DNA of 64,000 nucleotides from a bacterium (lineage in GTDB: Bacteria > Bacteroidota > Ignavibacteria > UBA10030). Position numbers and translations under genes: made by a program. The notes below the pieces were generated by a model. The model did not search any database and was not told the DNA's origin. It saw only the letters and a list, made by a program, of their open reading frames with translations. How positions within the stretch are numbered: the first letter of the stretch is position 1; each line of letters starts with the position of its first letter. The DNA lies in the NCBI GenBank assembly GCA_043803945.1, contig JAZDJN010000095.1:64001-128000 (forward strand). Reading direction: 5' to 3'. Shown piece after piece: positions 1 through 10,443 of the stretch.

Positions 1-9
1 AAAAGCGAA

Positions 10-384
10 ATGGTGCGCGGCTATAGAACCTTTTCTAGTATAATCTCAGAAGGTTGTTTATTAAAAGAAAAGCAGTTCCAGTGCTATTTTCTGCATCGGC
101 CCGCTGGAGAAAGAACGGTATTTGTTGGATTCGCAGTTGGTAAAAGTAAAGGTTCTGCAGTTCTACGGAATAGAGCCCGCCGCAAGTTGCGAGAAGCGTA
201 TAGGCTATGCAAACACCACCTCCTGACTGAGAGTCCTCTGTGGTCGGGAGAGTTACGAGTTATTTTCATGCTGACAAAGAGCCTCGATCGACACCCTGAA
301 TCTTTTCTTGAAATGCAGCATGGAATGTCGAGGATCCTTACTAAATTGAATATGAGGCTGGCAACAACAGGCACGGTACAATGA
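10..384 (+). CDS. rnpA: Ribonuclease P protein component (true start may lie before the window)
   Basis: GFAVGKSKGSAVLRNRARRKLREAYR RNR motif; directly upstream of yidD-yidC. Confidence 0.88.
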   Translation: MVRGYRTFSSIISEGCLLKEKQFQCYFLHRPAGERTVFVGFAVGKSKGSAVLRNRARRKLREAYRLCKHHLLTESPLWSGELRVIFMLTKSLDRHPESFLEMQHGMSRILTKLNMRLATTGTVQ

Positions 385-623
385 AAACACTAGCAATCAT
401 TCTTATAGAAATATATCAACGGTTTCTTTCTCCTATAATCCCTATTAACCACTGTCGGTACTACCCGTCATGTTCTGAGTATACCAAAGAGGCTGTTCAG
501 CTCTATGGGCCGCTTCGAGGGATAGGATATGGAATTATGAGGCTCTCCCGCTGCCACCCACTCAGTAAGCGCAACAGATTTGACCCGGTTCCACCGCTAA
601 ACGATTTGAAAAACAAGGTCTAA
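381..623 (+). CDS. yidD: Membrane protein insertion efficiency factor YidD
   Basis: YQRFLSP...CRYYPSCSEY...RCHP...FDPVP signature; ATGA overlap with rnpA. Confidence 0.95.
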   Translation: MKTLAIILIEIYQRFLSPIIPINHCRYYPSCSEYTKEAVQLYGPLRGIGYGIMRLSRCHPLSKRNRFDPVPPLNDLKNKV

Positions 624-629
624 AAAATT

Positions 630-2411
630 ATGGATAAGCAAGCAACCCTAGGGTACATACTTATTTTCTTATTGTTCATTGGCTGGTTGTGGTATTCGGC
701 GCCGAAACAACAAGAACAGGTCTTAACAAGAACCCCGGCAACAGCCGTGACAACCAAAAAGGACTCTGTTCAACCTCCGGTCAAGCAGGAACAGAAAGAT
801 CAACAAAACCCACTGGGCCGATTCTTCTCCTTTGATAGCACGAAGAATGAAAAGCTTGTTACGGTCGAAACCGATCTTTTCATTGCAGAACTTACATCGA
901 GGGGAGGAATGATTAAGAGGTGGGAACTCAAGAAGTTTAATAAATGGAGCGGTAAACCCGTACAACTTATCGACTACAAACAGAAGGGAGATTATAGCCT
1001 TCTCTTCACAACATCAGACGGCCGTCTGATCAACACAAAGGAGCTTCAATTTGAGTTTGTGGGAATACCCCCTACCCACAGAACCCTGGAAGGGAAAGAA
1101 GAAGCAACAATTGAGGCGGTTCTCTCGACAACCACGGGCGGGAAAATTTATAAGAAGTTTACGTTCAGAAACGAAGAGTACGGATTCGACTCTGAAATAA
1201 AGCTCATCCGGATGGGAAGCATTGTTTCTAATTTCGAATATCAGGTTGTCTGGGAAAGCGGACTTCAGTACGCAGAGCATAATAGTGTCGACGAATCTGG
1301 ATTCGCAGGAGCTTACGTATATTCAGGGAAAGAATTGACATCGCTTGAGACGCTTCCTCTCGAGCAAAAAGTTGATACCGTCGTGTCGGGTTCCGTGGAG
1401 TGGGTTGCCATGCGAACGAAATATTTTTGCCTGGCAATTATTCCAAAGTCAACGCCAAGCGAGGGAGCGTACCTTGAAGGAATCATGGACAAAGCACCAG
1501 ACAATGGTACTGTTGAACGCTACGGTATCGCCGTGAAAATGCCTTACAGGGGAACAATGGAAGAGACGTCGTCGTTCAAGGTGTTTTTTGGGCCGGTCGA
1601 CCTGAAGATTTTGAAATCGTACAACACTAACCTAGATCAGATCATCAGTCTGGGATGGACTTGGTTGATACGACCCATCTCAGAATACGTGATGATCCCG
1701 CTGATGAGTTTCTTACGATTCCTCATTCCGAATTGGGGAGTTGTTATTATTGTCTTTGCCTTCATAATCTTTTTTGCCTTGCGACCCCTTACAAAGAGCA
1801 GCATGAAGTCAATGAAAAAGATGCAATCACTCCAGCCGATGATCAAGGAGTTGCAGGAGAAGTACAAAGAAGACCCACAAAAAATGAATCAGCAGGTGAT
1901 GAACCTGTACAAAGAGTATGGCGTCAATCCTGCCGGAAGTTGTCTCCCAATGCTTCTGCAATTTCCTGTGCTCATTGCGCTCTATAACGTTTTTCGCTCA
2001 ACCATTGAACTCCGCCAAGCTTCATTTGTTTGGTGGATCAACGATCTCTCTGTTCCGGACGCGATATTCACATTGCCATTCACCATACCATTTTTCGGTG
2101 TGAAAGTTGTGAGCGGACTTGCATTAATGATGGGCCTCACCATGTTTGTACAGCAAAAAATGACCGTGAAAGATCCGCGGCAAAAAGCAATGGTCTATGT
2201 TATGCCGATCCTCATGACGATGCTGTTCAACAGTTTTCCTTCCGGCCTTAACCTCTATTATTTCGTCTTTAATTTACTCTCCATCGGCAGCCAGTACCTC
2301 ATGAATAGAAAAGCGGATGAAGAGCCGCTGAGAAAAGTTGAGAAGAAGAAATCGAAAGCCATGGGAATTATTGGACGCCTCGGCAAAGACATGCCGAAGT
2401 TTAAAAAATAG
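630..2411 (+). CDS. yidC: Membrane protein insertase YidC
   Basis: N-terminal TM, large periplasmic domain, NWGVVII, KYKEDPQKMNQQVMNLYKEYGVNP, WWINDLSVPD, PSGLNLYY. Confidence 0.97.
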   Translation: MDKQATLGYILIFLLFIGWLWYSAPKQQEQVLTRTPATAVTTKKDSVQPPVKQEQKDQQNPLGRFFSFDSTKNEKLVTVETDLFIAELTSRGGMIKRWELKKFNKWSGKPVQLIDYKQKGDYSLLFTTSDGRLINTKELQFEFVGIPPTHRTLEGKEEATIEAVLSTTTGGKIYKKFTFRNEEYGFDSEIKLIRMGSIVSNFEYQVVWESGLQYAEHNSVDESGFAGAYVYSGKELTSLETLPLEQKVDTVVSGSVEWVAMRTKYFCLAIIPKSTPSEGAYLEGIMDKAPDNGTVERYGIAVKMPYRGTMEETSSFKVFFGPVDLKILKSYNTNLDQIISLGWTWLIRPISEYVMIPLMSFLRFLIPNWGVVIIVFAFIIFFALRPLTKSSMKSMKKMQSLQPMIKELQEKYKEDPQKMNQQVMNLYKEYGVNPAGSCLPMLLQFPVLIALYNVFRSTIELRQASFVWWINDLSVPDAIFTLPFTIPFFGVKVVSGLALMMGLTMFVQQKMTVKDPRQKAMVYVMPILMTMLFNSFPSGLNLYYFVFNLLSIGSQYLMNRKADEEPLRKVEKKKSKAMGIIGRLGKDMPKFKK

Positions 2412-2569
2412 TTTTTCCTCAATCAGGTATTGTTAAGAAGCATCTCTGAGCACCAGAGAGACATTTTCTTTTCTCTAAAATATAGAGAATACACACCAAC
2501 GATAGTTGTAAGTCGCCCTGCAGTTTTGTAAATTTCCAATCCATATTCCAATCAGAGAAGAGAAGAATT

Positions 2570-3982
2570 GTGCCGCTGGCCTCGGAACGAGATACAATAG
2601 CTGCTGTTGCCACACCGACAGGCGAAGGAGGGATCTCCATTATCCGCGTGAGCGGTGAAAAAGCATTCGAAATAATTGACAAAGTATTCAAAGGAAAACA
2701 ACTCCTCGCGCAGGCGCCGCCATACACTGTTCATGTGGGATCCTTATTATCAGATCGGCAACAGAAAATTGACAATGTTCTTGCTACCGTGTTTAAGGCG
2801 CCGAAGTCATACACAGGTGAAGACGTTGTCGAAATCAGCTGCCACGGAGGAATCTACATCACAAACAAAGCCCTCGAAACAGTTCTTCATGCCGGGGCGC
2901 GACTTGCATCACCAGGAGAGTTTACAAGACGAGCATTTCTGAACGGAAAGATAGACCTGGCGCAAGCAGAAGCTGTAGCGGACCTAATTAAATCAAAATC
3001 AGATATTGCACAAAGGGCATCATTACAGCAACTTGAGGGGAGGCTCTCCAAAGAGATTCTTGATATCAGAGCGCAGATTATCGAAACAGCGGGGCTCCTG
3101 GAACTCGAGCTGGATTTCTCAGAGGAGGGATACGAATTTATAGACAGGGAAAAAATTGTTGGGCTCATAGGAGCGTCACTAGAAAAAATTCATCTCCTAG
3201 CGACATCATACCATAAAGGTGTATTGTTTCGAGAAGGGGCAAGAATTGTTCTTGCGGGCGCACCAAACGTTGGGAAGTCAAGCTTACTCAACGCTCTTCT
3301 AAAGAAGGATCGAGCGATAGTTACAGAAATCGCTGGAACTACAAGGGATGTTATTGAAGAGTCCATCTATCTTGATGACATTTTGGCCGTAGTTTCTGAC
3401 ACTGCCGGCATAAGAGACACCGATGAACCGGTTGAGCGGGAGGGAGTAAAAAGGGCCAGGAAGCAGGTCGAGGATAGCCACCTTATGATTATCATTATTG
3501 ACTCCTCAAACCCTCATCCCGACAGCGAGCATAAAACTTATGAGAAGATGATCCAGCAGAAGCTAGATGGTGGAAATAAAGCAGTAACCGTATTCAACAA
3601 AATTGACCTTGTTTCAACCAAGAGATTAAACGAAGTAAAAACAGATTATTTTTTCAATGGGTGTCCTTCTGTGGATGTCTCTGCTCTAGAAGGTATAGGC
3701 ATGGACGAATTAAGAAAAACAATGAGGAGAGAAATCCTTTTTGGTGCTTTCGGGGGAGACGAAGGCTCAGCAATGATTACAAATACACGTCATTATGAGG
3801 CTCTGAACAAGGCAGAAGTCTATTTAAAGGATTCTCTAGAATCAGTCGAAAATAAACTCAGCGGAGAATTTATTACAGTGGATCTGAGGGGGGCATCGGA
3901 GGCGATCGGAGAGATTGTTGGGATTACAACTTCCGAAGACATCCTGGATTACATTTTTTCTAAGTTTTGTATAGGGAAGTGA
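2570..3982 (+). CDS. mnmE: tRNA modification GTPase MnmE
   Basis: DTIAAVATP, GAPNVGKSS, GTTRD, DTAG, NKID, C-terminal FCIGK; GTG start. Confidence 0.98.
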   Translation: MPLASERDTIAAVATPTGEGGISIIRVSGEKAFEIIDKVFKGKQLLAQAPPYTVHVGSLLSDRQQKIDNVLATVFKAPKSYTGEDVVEISCHGGIYITNKALETVLHAGARLASPGEFTRRAFLNGKIDLAQAEAVADLIKSKSDIAQRASLQQLEGRLSKEILDIRAQIIETAGLLELELDFSEEGYEFIDREKIVGLIGASLEKIHLLATSYHKGVLFREGARIVLAGAPNVGKSSLLNALLKKDRAIVTEIAGTTRDVIEESIYLDDILAVVSDTAGIRDTDEPVEREGVKRARKQVEDSHLMIIIIDSSNPHPDSEHKTYEKMIQQKLDGGNKAVTVFNKIDLVSTKRLNEVKTDYFFNGCPSVDVSALEGIGMDELRKTMRREILFGAFGGDEGSAMITNTRHYEALNKAEVYLKDSLESVENKLSGEFITVDLRGASEAIGEIVGITTSEDILDYIFSKFCIGK

Positions 3983-3992
3983 ACAAAATGAT

Positions 3993-4008
3993 TGTTTCAC
4001 GTGAAACA
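3993..4008. promoter_or_regulatory. parS centromere-like site
   Basis: Perfect palindrome TGTTTCACGTGAAACA matching the canonical parS consensus. Confidence 0.93.
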
Positions 4009-4016
4009 GAACCGAG

Positions 4017-5939
4017 ATGGTTGAAAAACTACTAAGGGAAAAATATGACGTTATCGTTGCCGGTGGTGGACACGCCGGAATCGAAGCCTCTCTAGCTGCT
4101 GCCCGATTGGGGTGTTCGGTTCTAATGATTACCATGGAAGCCAGTGCTATAGGAAGGATGTCTTGTAATCCCGCTATAGGCGGAACTGCAAAGGGGCACC
4201 TTGTAAGAGAAATAGACGCCCTGGGTGGCGAAATGGCAAAGATAGCCGATACAACAGGTATTCAATTTCGGATGCTCAACAAGTCTAAGGGTCCGGCTGT
4301 CTGGTCTCCGAGATGTCAAAACGATAGAGAATGGTATTCAAGGGAGGCAAGAGATAGAGTAGAGCGGCAAGAAGGAATAGAAATAGTTGAAGATCGGGTT
4401 CTGCAAATTTACACTGACGAATCCCGCGACTCAAAAAAAAAACAGGTAAAGGGCATTACCACTTGTTCAGGAAGAAAATTCTCCTGCGATGCTTTCATCC
4501 TTAGTGCCGGTACATTTATGAGGGGATTAATGTATACCGGCCTTGAACAGAAAATCGGAGGTAGATATGGCGAACAGGCCTCTACAGGCCTTACAGAAAA
4601 CCTCGAGAACCTCGGGTTTGTAAGCGGGAGGCTAAAAACAGGAACACCTCCCAGGGCGGATCTTACAAGTATCGATTTTTCAAAAGTAGAAACCCAGCAC
4701 AGCGATCTGCCTCCACAGCCATTTTCATTTTCCACGGAACAAATAACAAACAAGCTCATCCCGATGTACCTCACAAGGACTAACCCCGAGACCCATAAAG
4801 CGTTGCGAAAGGGTTTCGATCGGTCGCCCCTTTTCACCGGGGTTATTAAGGGAGTTGGGCCGAGATATTGCCCCTCTATTGAAGATAAGGTTGTCAGGTT
4901 TGCCGAAAAGGAAAGCCACCACATTTTTCTTGAACCCGAGGGATATGAGACAAGAGTTGCCTATGTGAACGGCTTTTCTACAAGCCTCCCGGCAGAGGTT
5001 CAGCTTGAGGGGTTGCGGACAATTGAAGGACTTGAACAAGTGATAATGCTCAGGCCTGGTTATGCTGTGGAATATGATTATTTTCCACCACACCAGGTTT
5101 GGCTAACCTTGGAGACAAAATACGTCGAGGGCCTATATTTTGCCGGACAGATAAACGGCACTTCTGGTTATGAAGAAGCCGCCGCACAAGGATTGGTAGC
5201 GGGAATAAATGCCGCTCAGAAAATTCACAACAAAGAGCAGCTATACCTGAAAAGGTCAGACGCGTATATTGGCGTCTTGTTGGACGATCTGATTAATAAA
5301 AGCACCGATGAGCCTTATCGGATGTTTACATCACGGGCCGAGCATCGGCTGATCCTCAGGCAAGACAATGCCGACAGAAGGTTGATGAGACAAGGTGCTT
5401 CGATTGGCCTGATAACCCCGAGCACCCTTGCTCGATTGGAAGAAAAAGAGAATCTTATAGCCCAAACAATTGAGAGCTTTGTCACAGTATCATTAACCCC
5501 CGACGAGATTAATCCTTACCTTGAAGCAATAGGATCGGATCGGTTGAAAGAAAGAGAAAAAATATCGAAAATCCTCAAACGTCCAGGAACATCAATATGG
5601 GGACTGATGAACACGGAGACAATGAGGTTAAGTGGTATAGCTGCGAAACTCTTTGATACTAAAGATAAAAAGGTTGTCCAAGAGGTTGTTGAGCAGGTAG
5701 AGATAGAGTTGAAATATGAAGGATATATCCAAAGACAATTTGAGCAGGTTGAGAGGTTTGATCGGATGGAATCACAACGCATTCCTGCTGATTTTGATTT
5801 TAAAAAAGTGAAGGCACTTTCAACAGAGGGAAGGGAGAAACTGGCAAAGGTCAGGCCCGAATCGATTGGACAAGCCTCGAGAATAGGCGGTGTCACACCC
5901 TCGGATGTGTCTGTACTCATGGTCTATCTTCGCGGCTAA
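4017..5939 (+). CDS. mnmG: tRNA uridine-5-carboxymethylaminomethyl synthesis enzyme MnmG (GidA)
   Basis: [63 protein letters not shown]. Confidence 0.99.
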   Translation: MVEKLLREKYDVIVAGGGHAGIEASLAAARLGCSVLMITMEASAIGRMSCNPAIGGTAKGHLVREIDALGGEMAKIADTTGIQFRMLNKSKGPAVWSPRCQNDREWYSREARDRVERQEGIEIVEDRVLQIYTDESRDSKKKQVKGITTCSGRKFSCDAFILSAGTFMRGLMYTGLEQKIGGRYGEQASTGLTENLENLGFVSGRLKTGTPPRADLTSIDFSKVETQHSDLPPQPFSFSTEQITNKLIPMYLTRTNPETHKALRKGFDRSPLFTGVIKGVGPRYCPSIEDKVVRFAEKESHHIFLEPEGYETRVAYVNGFSTSLPAEVQLEGLRTIEGLEQVIMLRPGYAVEYDYFPPHQVWLTLETKYVEGLYFAGQINGTSGYEEAAAQGLVAGINAAQKIHNKEQLYLKRSDAYIGVLLDDLINKSTDEPYRMFTSRAEHRLILRQDNADRRLMRQGASIGLITPSTLARLEEKENLIAQTIESFVTVSLTPDEINPYLEAIGSDRLKEREKISKILKRPGTSIWGLMNTETMRLSGIAAKLFDTKDKKVVQEVVEQVEIELKYEGYIQRQFEQVERFDRMESQRIPADFDFKKVKALSTEGREKLAKVRPESIGQASRIGGVTPSDVSVLMVYLRG

Positions 5940-5941
5940 AA

Positions 5942-5957
5942 CGTTTCACGTGAAACA
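5942..5957. promoter_or_regulatory. parS centromere-like site (second copy)
   Basis: CGTTTCACGTGAAACA, one mismatch to the first copy, in the mnmG-rsmG gap. Confidence 0.88.
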
Positions 5958-5978
5958 GCAAAGGGGAGAAGAGGTTAG

Positions 5979-6716
5979 ATGAAAGCAAACCCAGAAAGGG
6001 ATTGGTTTCAGTTTATTTGTCAAAAGAATGGAATTATCCTTGGACCCGGAGAAATGGAGGCACTTGACCGCTATGTCTCGTATCTACTCGAATGGAATTC
6101 AAAAGTCAACCTGATTTCCAGGAAAGACGAAGATAAGATTTGGAAGCATCATATTTTACACTCTGTCTCTTTGCTTCTAAAGGTGCACCTTCCAATGCCG
6201 AGTAATATTATCGATATAGGAACTGGAGGAGGCTTTCCGGGAATTCCTCTGAGCATTCTGCTGCCGACATGCGAGTTTACACTTTTGGATTCAATACAGA
6301 AAAAGATCGAAGCTGTTGGATCAATGGTTAAACAGCTTGGACTTTCCAATGTAAACGTTGTTTGTGGGAGAGCCGAACAGGTTGCACGAGACAACCAATA
6401 TCAAAGCAAATTTGATTTTGCAGTAACCCGTTCCGTGGCACCCCTTGGCGATCTTCTTAAATGGTCTAAGGGCTTTTTTAAAAAGGTGAACACTGCCGAC
6501 ATTAAGATTAATCCAGAAGAGTGGCAGAAAAAACTTCTTGAACCTATCCCCCCCGCATTGCTTGCATTTAAAGGGGGGGACCTGCGCGAGGAAGTAGAAA
6601 AAGTAAATCGCTTCAAGGTGGTAAGATCGGTACACACCCTGAAACTCGCCGTTGATGGCTATCCAGAGCTTGAAGCATCAGAAAAAAAAATTGTTATCTT
6701 GGAACTGACCCCATAA
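5979..6716 (+). CDS. rsmG: 16S rRNA m7G527 methyltransferase RsmG (GidB)
   Basis: WNSKVNLISR, HILHS, DIGTGGGFPGIPL, LDSIQKK, GRAE; follows mnmG. Confidence 0.96.
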   Translation: MKANPERDWFQFICQKNGIILGPGEMEALDRYVSYLLEWNSKVNLISRKDEDKIWKHHILHSVSLLLKVHLPMPSNIIDIGTGGGFPGIPLSILLPTCEFTLLDSIQKKIEAVGSMVKQLGLSNVNVVCGRAEQVARDNQYQSKFDFAVTRSVAPLGDLLKWSKGFFKKVNTADIKINPEEWQKKLLEPIPPALLAFKGGDLREEVEKVNRFKVVRSVHTLKLAVDGYPELEASEKKIVILELTP

Positions 6717-6740
6717 CGTTACCCAGGAGAGAATAAACCC

Positions 6741-7694
6741 TTGCCGGATCAAAGAGAGTTATTTGAACAACTGAAGCGGCTAAGCACAGAGCAACGCAAC
6801 CCCGTCAGCATGGATATCGATGCTCGATCAGTAACAGAGATATTGAAAATCATGAATGACGAGGACAAAAAGGTTGCTATGGTCATCGAGAAAGAGCTTC
6901 CTTATATCGGGCAGGCGGTAGAAATTGTCGTGACCGCACTGAAAAACGGAGGAAGGCTGATCTACGTTGGGGCAGGAACAAGTGGAAGGTTGGGAATTCT
7001 CGATGCTGCAGAATGCCCCCCAACATTTGGTACAGATCCGGAAATTATTCAGGGCATTATTGCCGGAGGCGAGAAAGCCATGTTTCGGTCCCAGGAGGGA
7101 GCCGAAGACAAGGAAGAGTACGGAGCGAAAGACATAGAGCTGAAAAACATCTGCTCTAACGATGTGGTGTGCGGTATTGCAGCAAGCCTCCGAACGCCCT
7201 ATGTTGTCGGTGCAGTGAAAAAGGCGAAAGAGCTGCAGGCAAAAACGCTTTATGTAACCACAAATCCGAGAAGTAAATTATATTCGCCCGAATTTGCGGA
7301 AATCGCCACGGCGATTGATGTAGCCATCTGCCCCGAGGTTGGCCCGGAGATCATCATGGGCTCAACGAGAATGAAGTCCGGGACAGCACAAAAACTGGTT
7401 CTCAACATGATTACAACGACAGCAATGATACGCATGGGTAAGGTGTACGAAAACATGATGATCGACCTTCAGATGACAAACTTGAAACTGAAAGAACGCG
7501 CAAAACGAATTGTCATGACTATTACCGGATTGCAGTATGAAGAAGCCGCGCTCTATCTTGAGCAGGCAGAAGGGCATGTGAAAACAGCCCTTGTCATGAT
7601 AAAGGCAAAGGTCTCCCGTGAAGAGGCGAAGGAACGATTATTAAATGCAGAAAGTTTTGTACGCAAAGCAATTGAAAGAACGAACAACACATAA
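6741..7694 (+). CDS. murQ: N-acetylmuramic acid 6-phosphate etherase
   Basis: TEQRNP, GAGTSGRLGILDAAECPPTFG, VGPEIIMGSTRMKSGTAQKLVLNM. Confidence 0.97.
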   Translation: MPDQRELFEQLKRLSTEQRNPVSMDIDARSVTEILKIMNDEDKKVAMVIEKELPYIGQAVEIVVTALKNGGRLIYVGAGTSGRLGILDAAECPPTFGTDPEIIQGIIAGGEKAMFRSQEGAEDKEEYGAKDIELKNICSNDVVCGIAASLRTPYVVGAVKKAKELQAKTLYVTTNPRSKLYSPEFAEIATAIDVAICPEVGPEIIMGSTRMKSGTAQKLVLNMITTTAMIRMGKVYENMMIDLQMTNLKLKERAKRIVMTITGLQYEEAALYLEQAEGHVKTALVMIKAKVSREEAKERLLNAESFVRKAIERTNNT

Positions 7695-7706
7695 GAGCGA
7701 GACACC

Positions 7707-8435
7707 ATGAAAACCCTTCCTCCAGACAACCTGCAGTTTTTTCCACCCTTTGAAGGATTTCCCATCCAGGGAATTCGTTTTCTCAAAAAGCTTAAGCAAA
7801 ACAATAATCGAACATGGTTTGAACAACATAAGGCCGAGTACGAAGAACAGGTCAAACTGCCAATACAGTCTCTCGTTGCCGCTCTGCAACCGATCGTTGA
7901 AAAGTTTGCGCCGGAGTATGATTTGAATCCCCGGAAAGCTCTATTCAGAATCTATCGGGACGTTCGATTTTCTAAAGATAAAACACCGTATAAAATACAC
8001 GCCGCTGCTCATTTTGTCATTCGGGGAAAAGCCAAAGGAACCGAAGGATCCGGTTTCTATCTTCACATTGAACCGGGCAACGTCTTTCTGGGTGCCGGCA
8101 TCTATATGCCAACAGCGGAAAAATTAAAAAGGATAAGAAAGGCAATCGAGGAACAGCCAAAAGAATTTCTGGCAATTGTTAAAAGCCGATCATTTGAAAG
8201 AACATTTACAAAACTTGAAGGCGAAAAGGGAAAACGCCCTCCACAAGGGTATCAACAGGATCACCCAATGCTGGAATGGCTAAAGTATAAACAGTTCTAT
8301 GTTTGGCTGGAATGGCCGGAGAAAGAATGTTACGACCCTGGGTTTGTTAAAAAAGTTGCACAGATCTATAAAGAGGCAACGCCATTAGTACGCTTCTTAA
8401 ACGCGGCAATGTTTGAAGTTATCCCCGACGAATAG
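7707..8435 (+). CDS. DUF2461 (TIGR02453) family protein
   Basis: NNNRTWFEQHK, FRIYRDVRFSKDKTPYK, GFYLHIEP. Confidence 0.9.
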   Translation: MKTLPPDNLQFFPPFEGFPIQGIRFLKKLKQNNNRTWFEQHKAEYEEQVKLPIQSLVAALQPIVEKFAPEYDLNPRKALFRIYRDVRFSKDKTPYKIHAAAHFVIRGKAKGTEGSGFYLHIEPGNVFLGAGIYMPTAEKLKRIRKAIEEQPKEFLAIVKSRSFERTFTKLEGEKGKRPPQGYQQDHPMLEWLKYKQFYVWLEWPEKECYDPGFVKKVAQIYKEATPLVRFLNAAMFEVIPDE

Positions 8436-9183
8436 AGCACCCGATTTCCGCAAGGGCCCCCCTAATTTCTTGAATAGCCTGTAAGGCTCCCGGAGTATCC
8501 CCATGAATGCAAAGCGTCTGAGCATGGATGGTTAACAACGAACCATCGATGGCTCGAATAAGGCCTTCCGCTACAATTGTTCTCGCTTGGAGGGCCGCAC
8601 GATGAGGATCTGTAATTAAAGAATCCAGATGGATACGCGGTCGGAGAGAACCGTCCGGTTCGTAAATCCGATCTGCAAAAGCTTCGCCGATGACGCGAAA
8701 ACCGCGATCATTCCAAACCTCAAGCATTAACGAATCCGCCAATCCTACCAGTGTAAGGGAGCAACCTAGTCTCTCTACCCCTCTAGCAATCGCGGCGGCA
8801 ACGGCAGCGTCTTTTGCGGCGGTATTATAGAGCGCTCCATGCGGCTTTACATGGACAACGCTCTGACCGCATGAAGCCGCGATATTCAAGAGTTCGCCAA
8901 CCTGCTCAAAGACACACTGCTCGATCTGTTCAACCGGTAACGCTATAGCAATCCTGCCGAAGCCATCTTTGTCCGGATATCCTGGATGAGCCCCGATAGA
9001 AACTTGATAGCTTGCGCAGAGCTGGACGACCTTGCGCATCGAGTTCGGATCACCGGCATGGCCTCCGCATGCGATGTTTGCCGATGAGATTAATTTGATA
9101 AGAGCTTCCTCCGAACCATCTGCCAGCGCTTCCGGCCTCTCGCCGACATCGGCATTAAGATCGATATGGGTGTGGAATATCAT
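8419..9183 (-). CDS. pxpA: 5-oxoprolinase subunit PxpA (LamB/YcsF)
   Basis: IDLNADVGE, SANIACGGHAGD, GAHPGYPD, HVKPHGALYN, EAFADR, LCIHGDTP. Confidence 0.96.
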   Translation of the reverse strand: MIFHTHIDLNADVGERPEALADGSEEALIKLISSANIACGGHAGDPNSMRKVVQLCASYQVSIGAHPGYPDKDGFGRIAIALPVEQIEQCVFEQVGELLNIAASCGQSVVHVKPHGALYNTAAKDAAVAAAIARGVERLGCSLTLVGLADSLMLEVWNDRGFRVIGEAFADRIYEPDGSLRPRIHLDSLITDPHRAALQARTIVAEGLIRAIDGSLLTIHAQTLCIHGDTPGALQAIQEIRGALAEIGCSIRRG

Positions 9184-9201
9184 TCCTGCCTCAACGAGAA
9201 A

Positions 9202-10443
9202 TTATTTTAATTCCATTCCTTTTGTTTCTGGGAGTAAGAACATGAGGAGCGCTCCCGCCAGAAAGAAAGCAGACGTTAAAGCAAGCGCACTGCCAAGGCC
9301 ATGCTGATCGGCGAGCGCTCCAATCGTATAAGGTGCTGCGGCGCTGATCCCTCTGCCGATATTGTAAGTGAGGCCCTGTGCCGTACCGCGAATATGAGTG
9401 GGGAAGAGTTCGGCTAACATCGCACCGAATACACTGAAATATCCATGCCCGAAGAAACCGATAAAGGGACCAAGCAAAAGAAGCAGAACTTCGTAGCGCG
9501 CCATCTGGCCGTACACCGGAACGAGGAGCCCGGCGATAAATAAAAAGAAAACAAAAACAGGCCTCCGTCCGAACCGATCCGCAAGAAAACCAAACAGGAC
9601 ATATCCGAAAAACGCCCCAATTTGCATGGGAATAATCCACGATGAGCTTTTCACAATGCCAAGACCAGCGCCGCCCTGGCTAAGAGGCTGGGCAAGAAAT
9701 GAGGGCATCCATGTGAACAATCCCCAGTAGGCGAATAGTACGCATGTTGTAATTGCAGATGCAAGAAGCGTCGTTTTGATCATTGGAGATTTGAACGCTT
9801 CCCTGAAAGGAGAAAGCAGGGAAACGGCATGAGATTTCTGTTGCCGTCTCCACAGCTCCGGCTCGGGAATGTTTTTTCGAATCCAGAGAGTGAAAAAGGC
9901 GGGAAGAATACCAAAGAGGAACAGAGCTCTCCAGCCAAATAGTGGAAGAGTCAACGCGGCAAGAACGGCGGCAGCAATGTACCCAAGAGCCCAGCCGGAC
10001 TGCATAAATCCAATAGCCTTGCCTCTGTGTTGTGCCGGCCAGGTCTCTGAGACGAGTACAGATCCCGCGGACCACTCACCCCCCATGCCTATACCAACAA
10101 GCAAGCGCCACAGGATAAGTTCTGCCACCGAAGAAGCTGTTGCCGTCAACGCTGTAAACAAAGAATAAAATAAAATAGAAAGCATCAAAGTGCGTGCCCG
10201 CCCAATTCGATCGGCAAGAATCCCCATCAGCACACCGCCAAGAGCGGAAGAAACAAGAGTAATTGAAGCAAGCGCTCCAGCCTCAGCAGAAGATAATCCA
10301 AACTCCGCCTGAATAGCATTCAGGGCAAAAGCATAAAACATTACATCCATGGCATCCAGCATCCAGCCGCATTGCGCAGCAAAGAGCACCCGCCACTGTA
10401 ACGGAGAAATCGTTGAGTACCAGCGATGTGAAGGACTATCCAT
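9202..10443 (-). CDS. MFS transporter (aromatic acid / sialate:H+ symporter-like)
   Basis: GWMLDAMD, GILADRIGR, GIGMGGEW, ETWPAQHRG, ELFPTHIRG; ATG at 10443 overlaps the pxpC end. Confidence 0.92.
   Translation of the reverse strand: MDSPSHRWYSTISPLQWRVLFAAQCGWMLDAMDVMFYAFALNAIQAEFGLSSAEAGALASITLVSSALGGVLMGILADRIGRARTLMLSILFYSLFTALTATASSVAELILWRLLVGIGMGGEWSAGSVLVSETWPAQHRGKAIGFMQSGWALGYIAAAVLAALTLPLFGWRALFLFGILPAFFTLWIRKNIPEPELWRRQQKSHAVSLLSPFREAFKSPMIKTTLLASAITTCVLFAYWGLFTWMPSFLAQPLSQGGAGLGIVKSSSWIIPMQIGAFFGYVLFGFLADRFGRRPVFVFFLFIAGLLVPVYGQMARYEVLLLLLGPFIGFFGHGYFSVFGAMLAELFPTHIRGTAQGLTYNIGRGISAAAPYTIGALADQHGLGSALALTSAFFLAGALLMFLLPETKGMELK

Noticed and set aside
2412-2569. oriC between yidC and mnmE
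   Set aside because: No DnaA-box cluster is visible.
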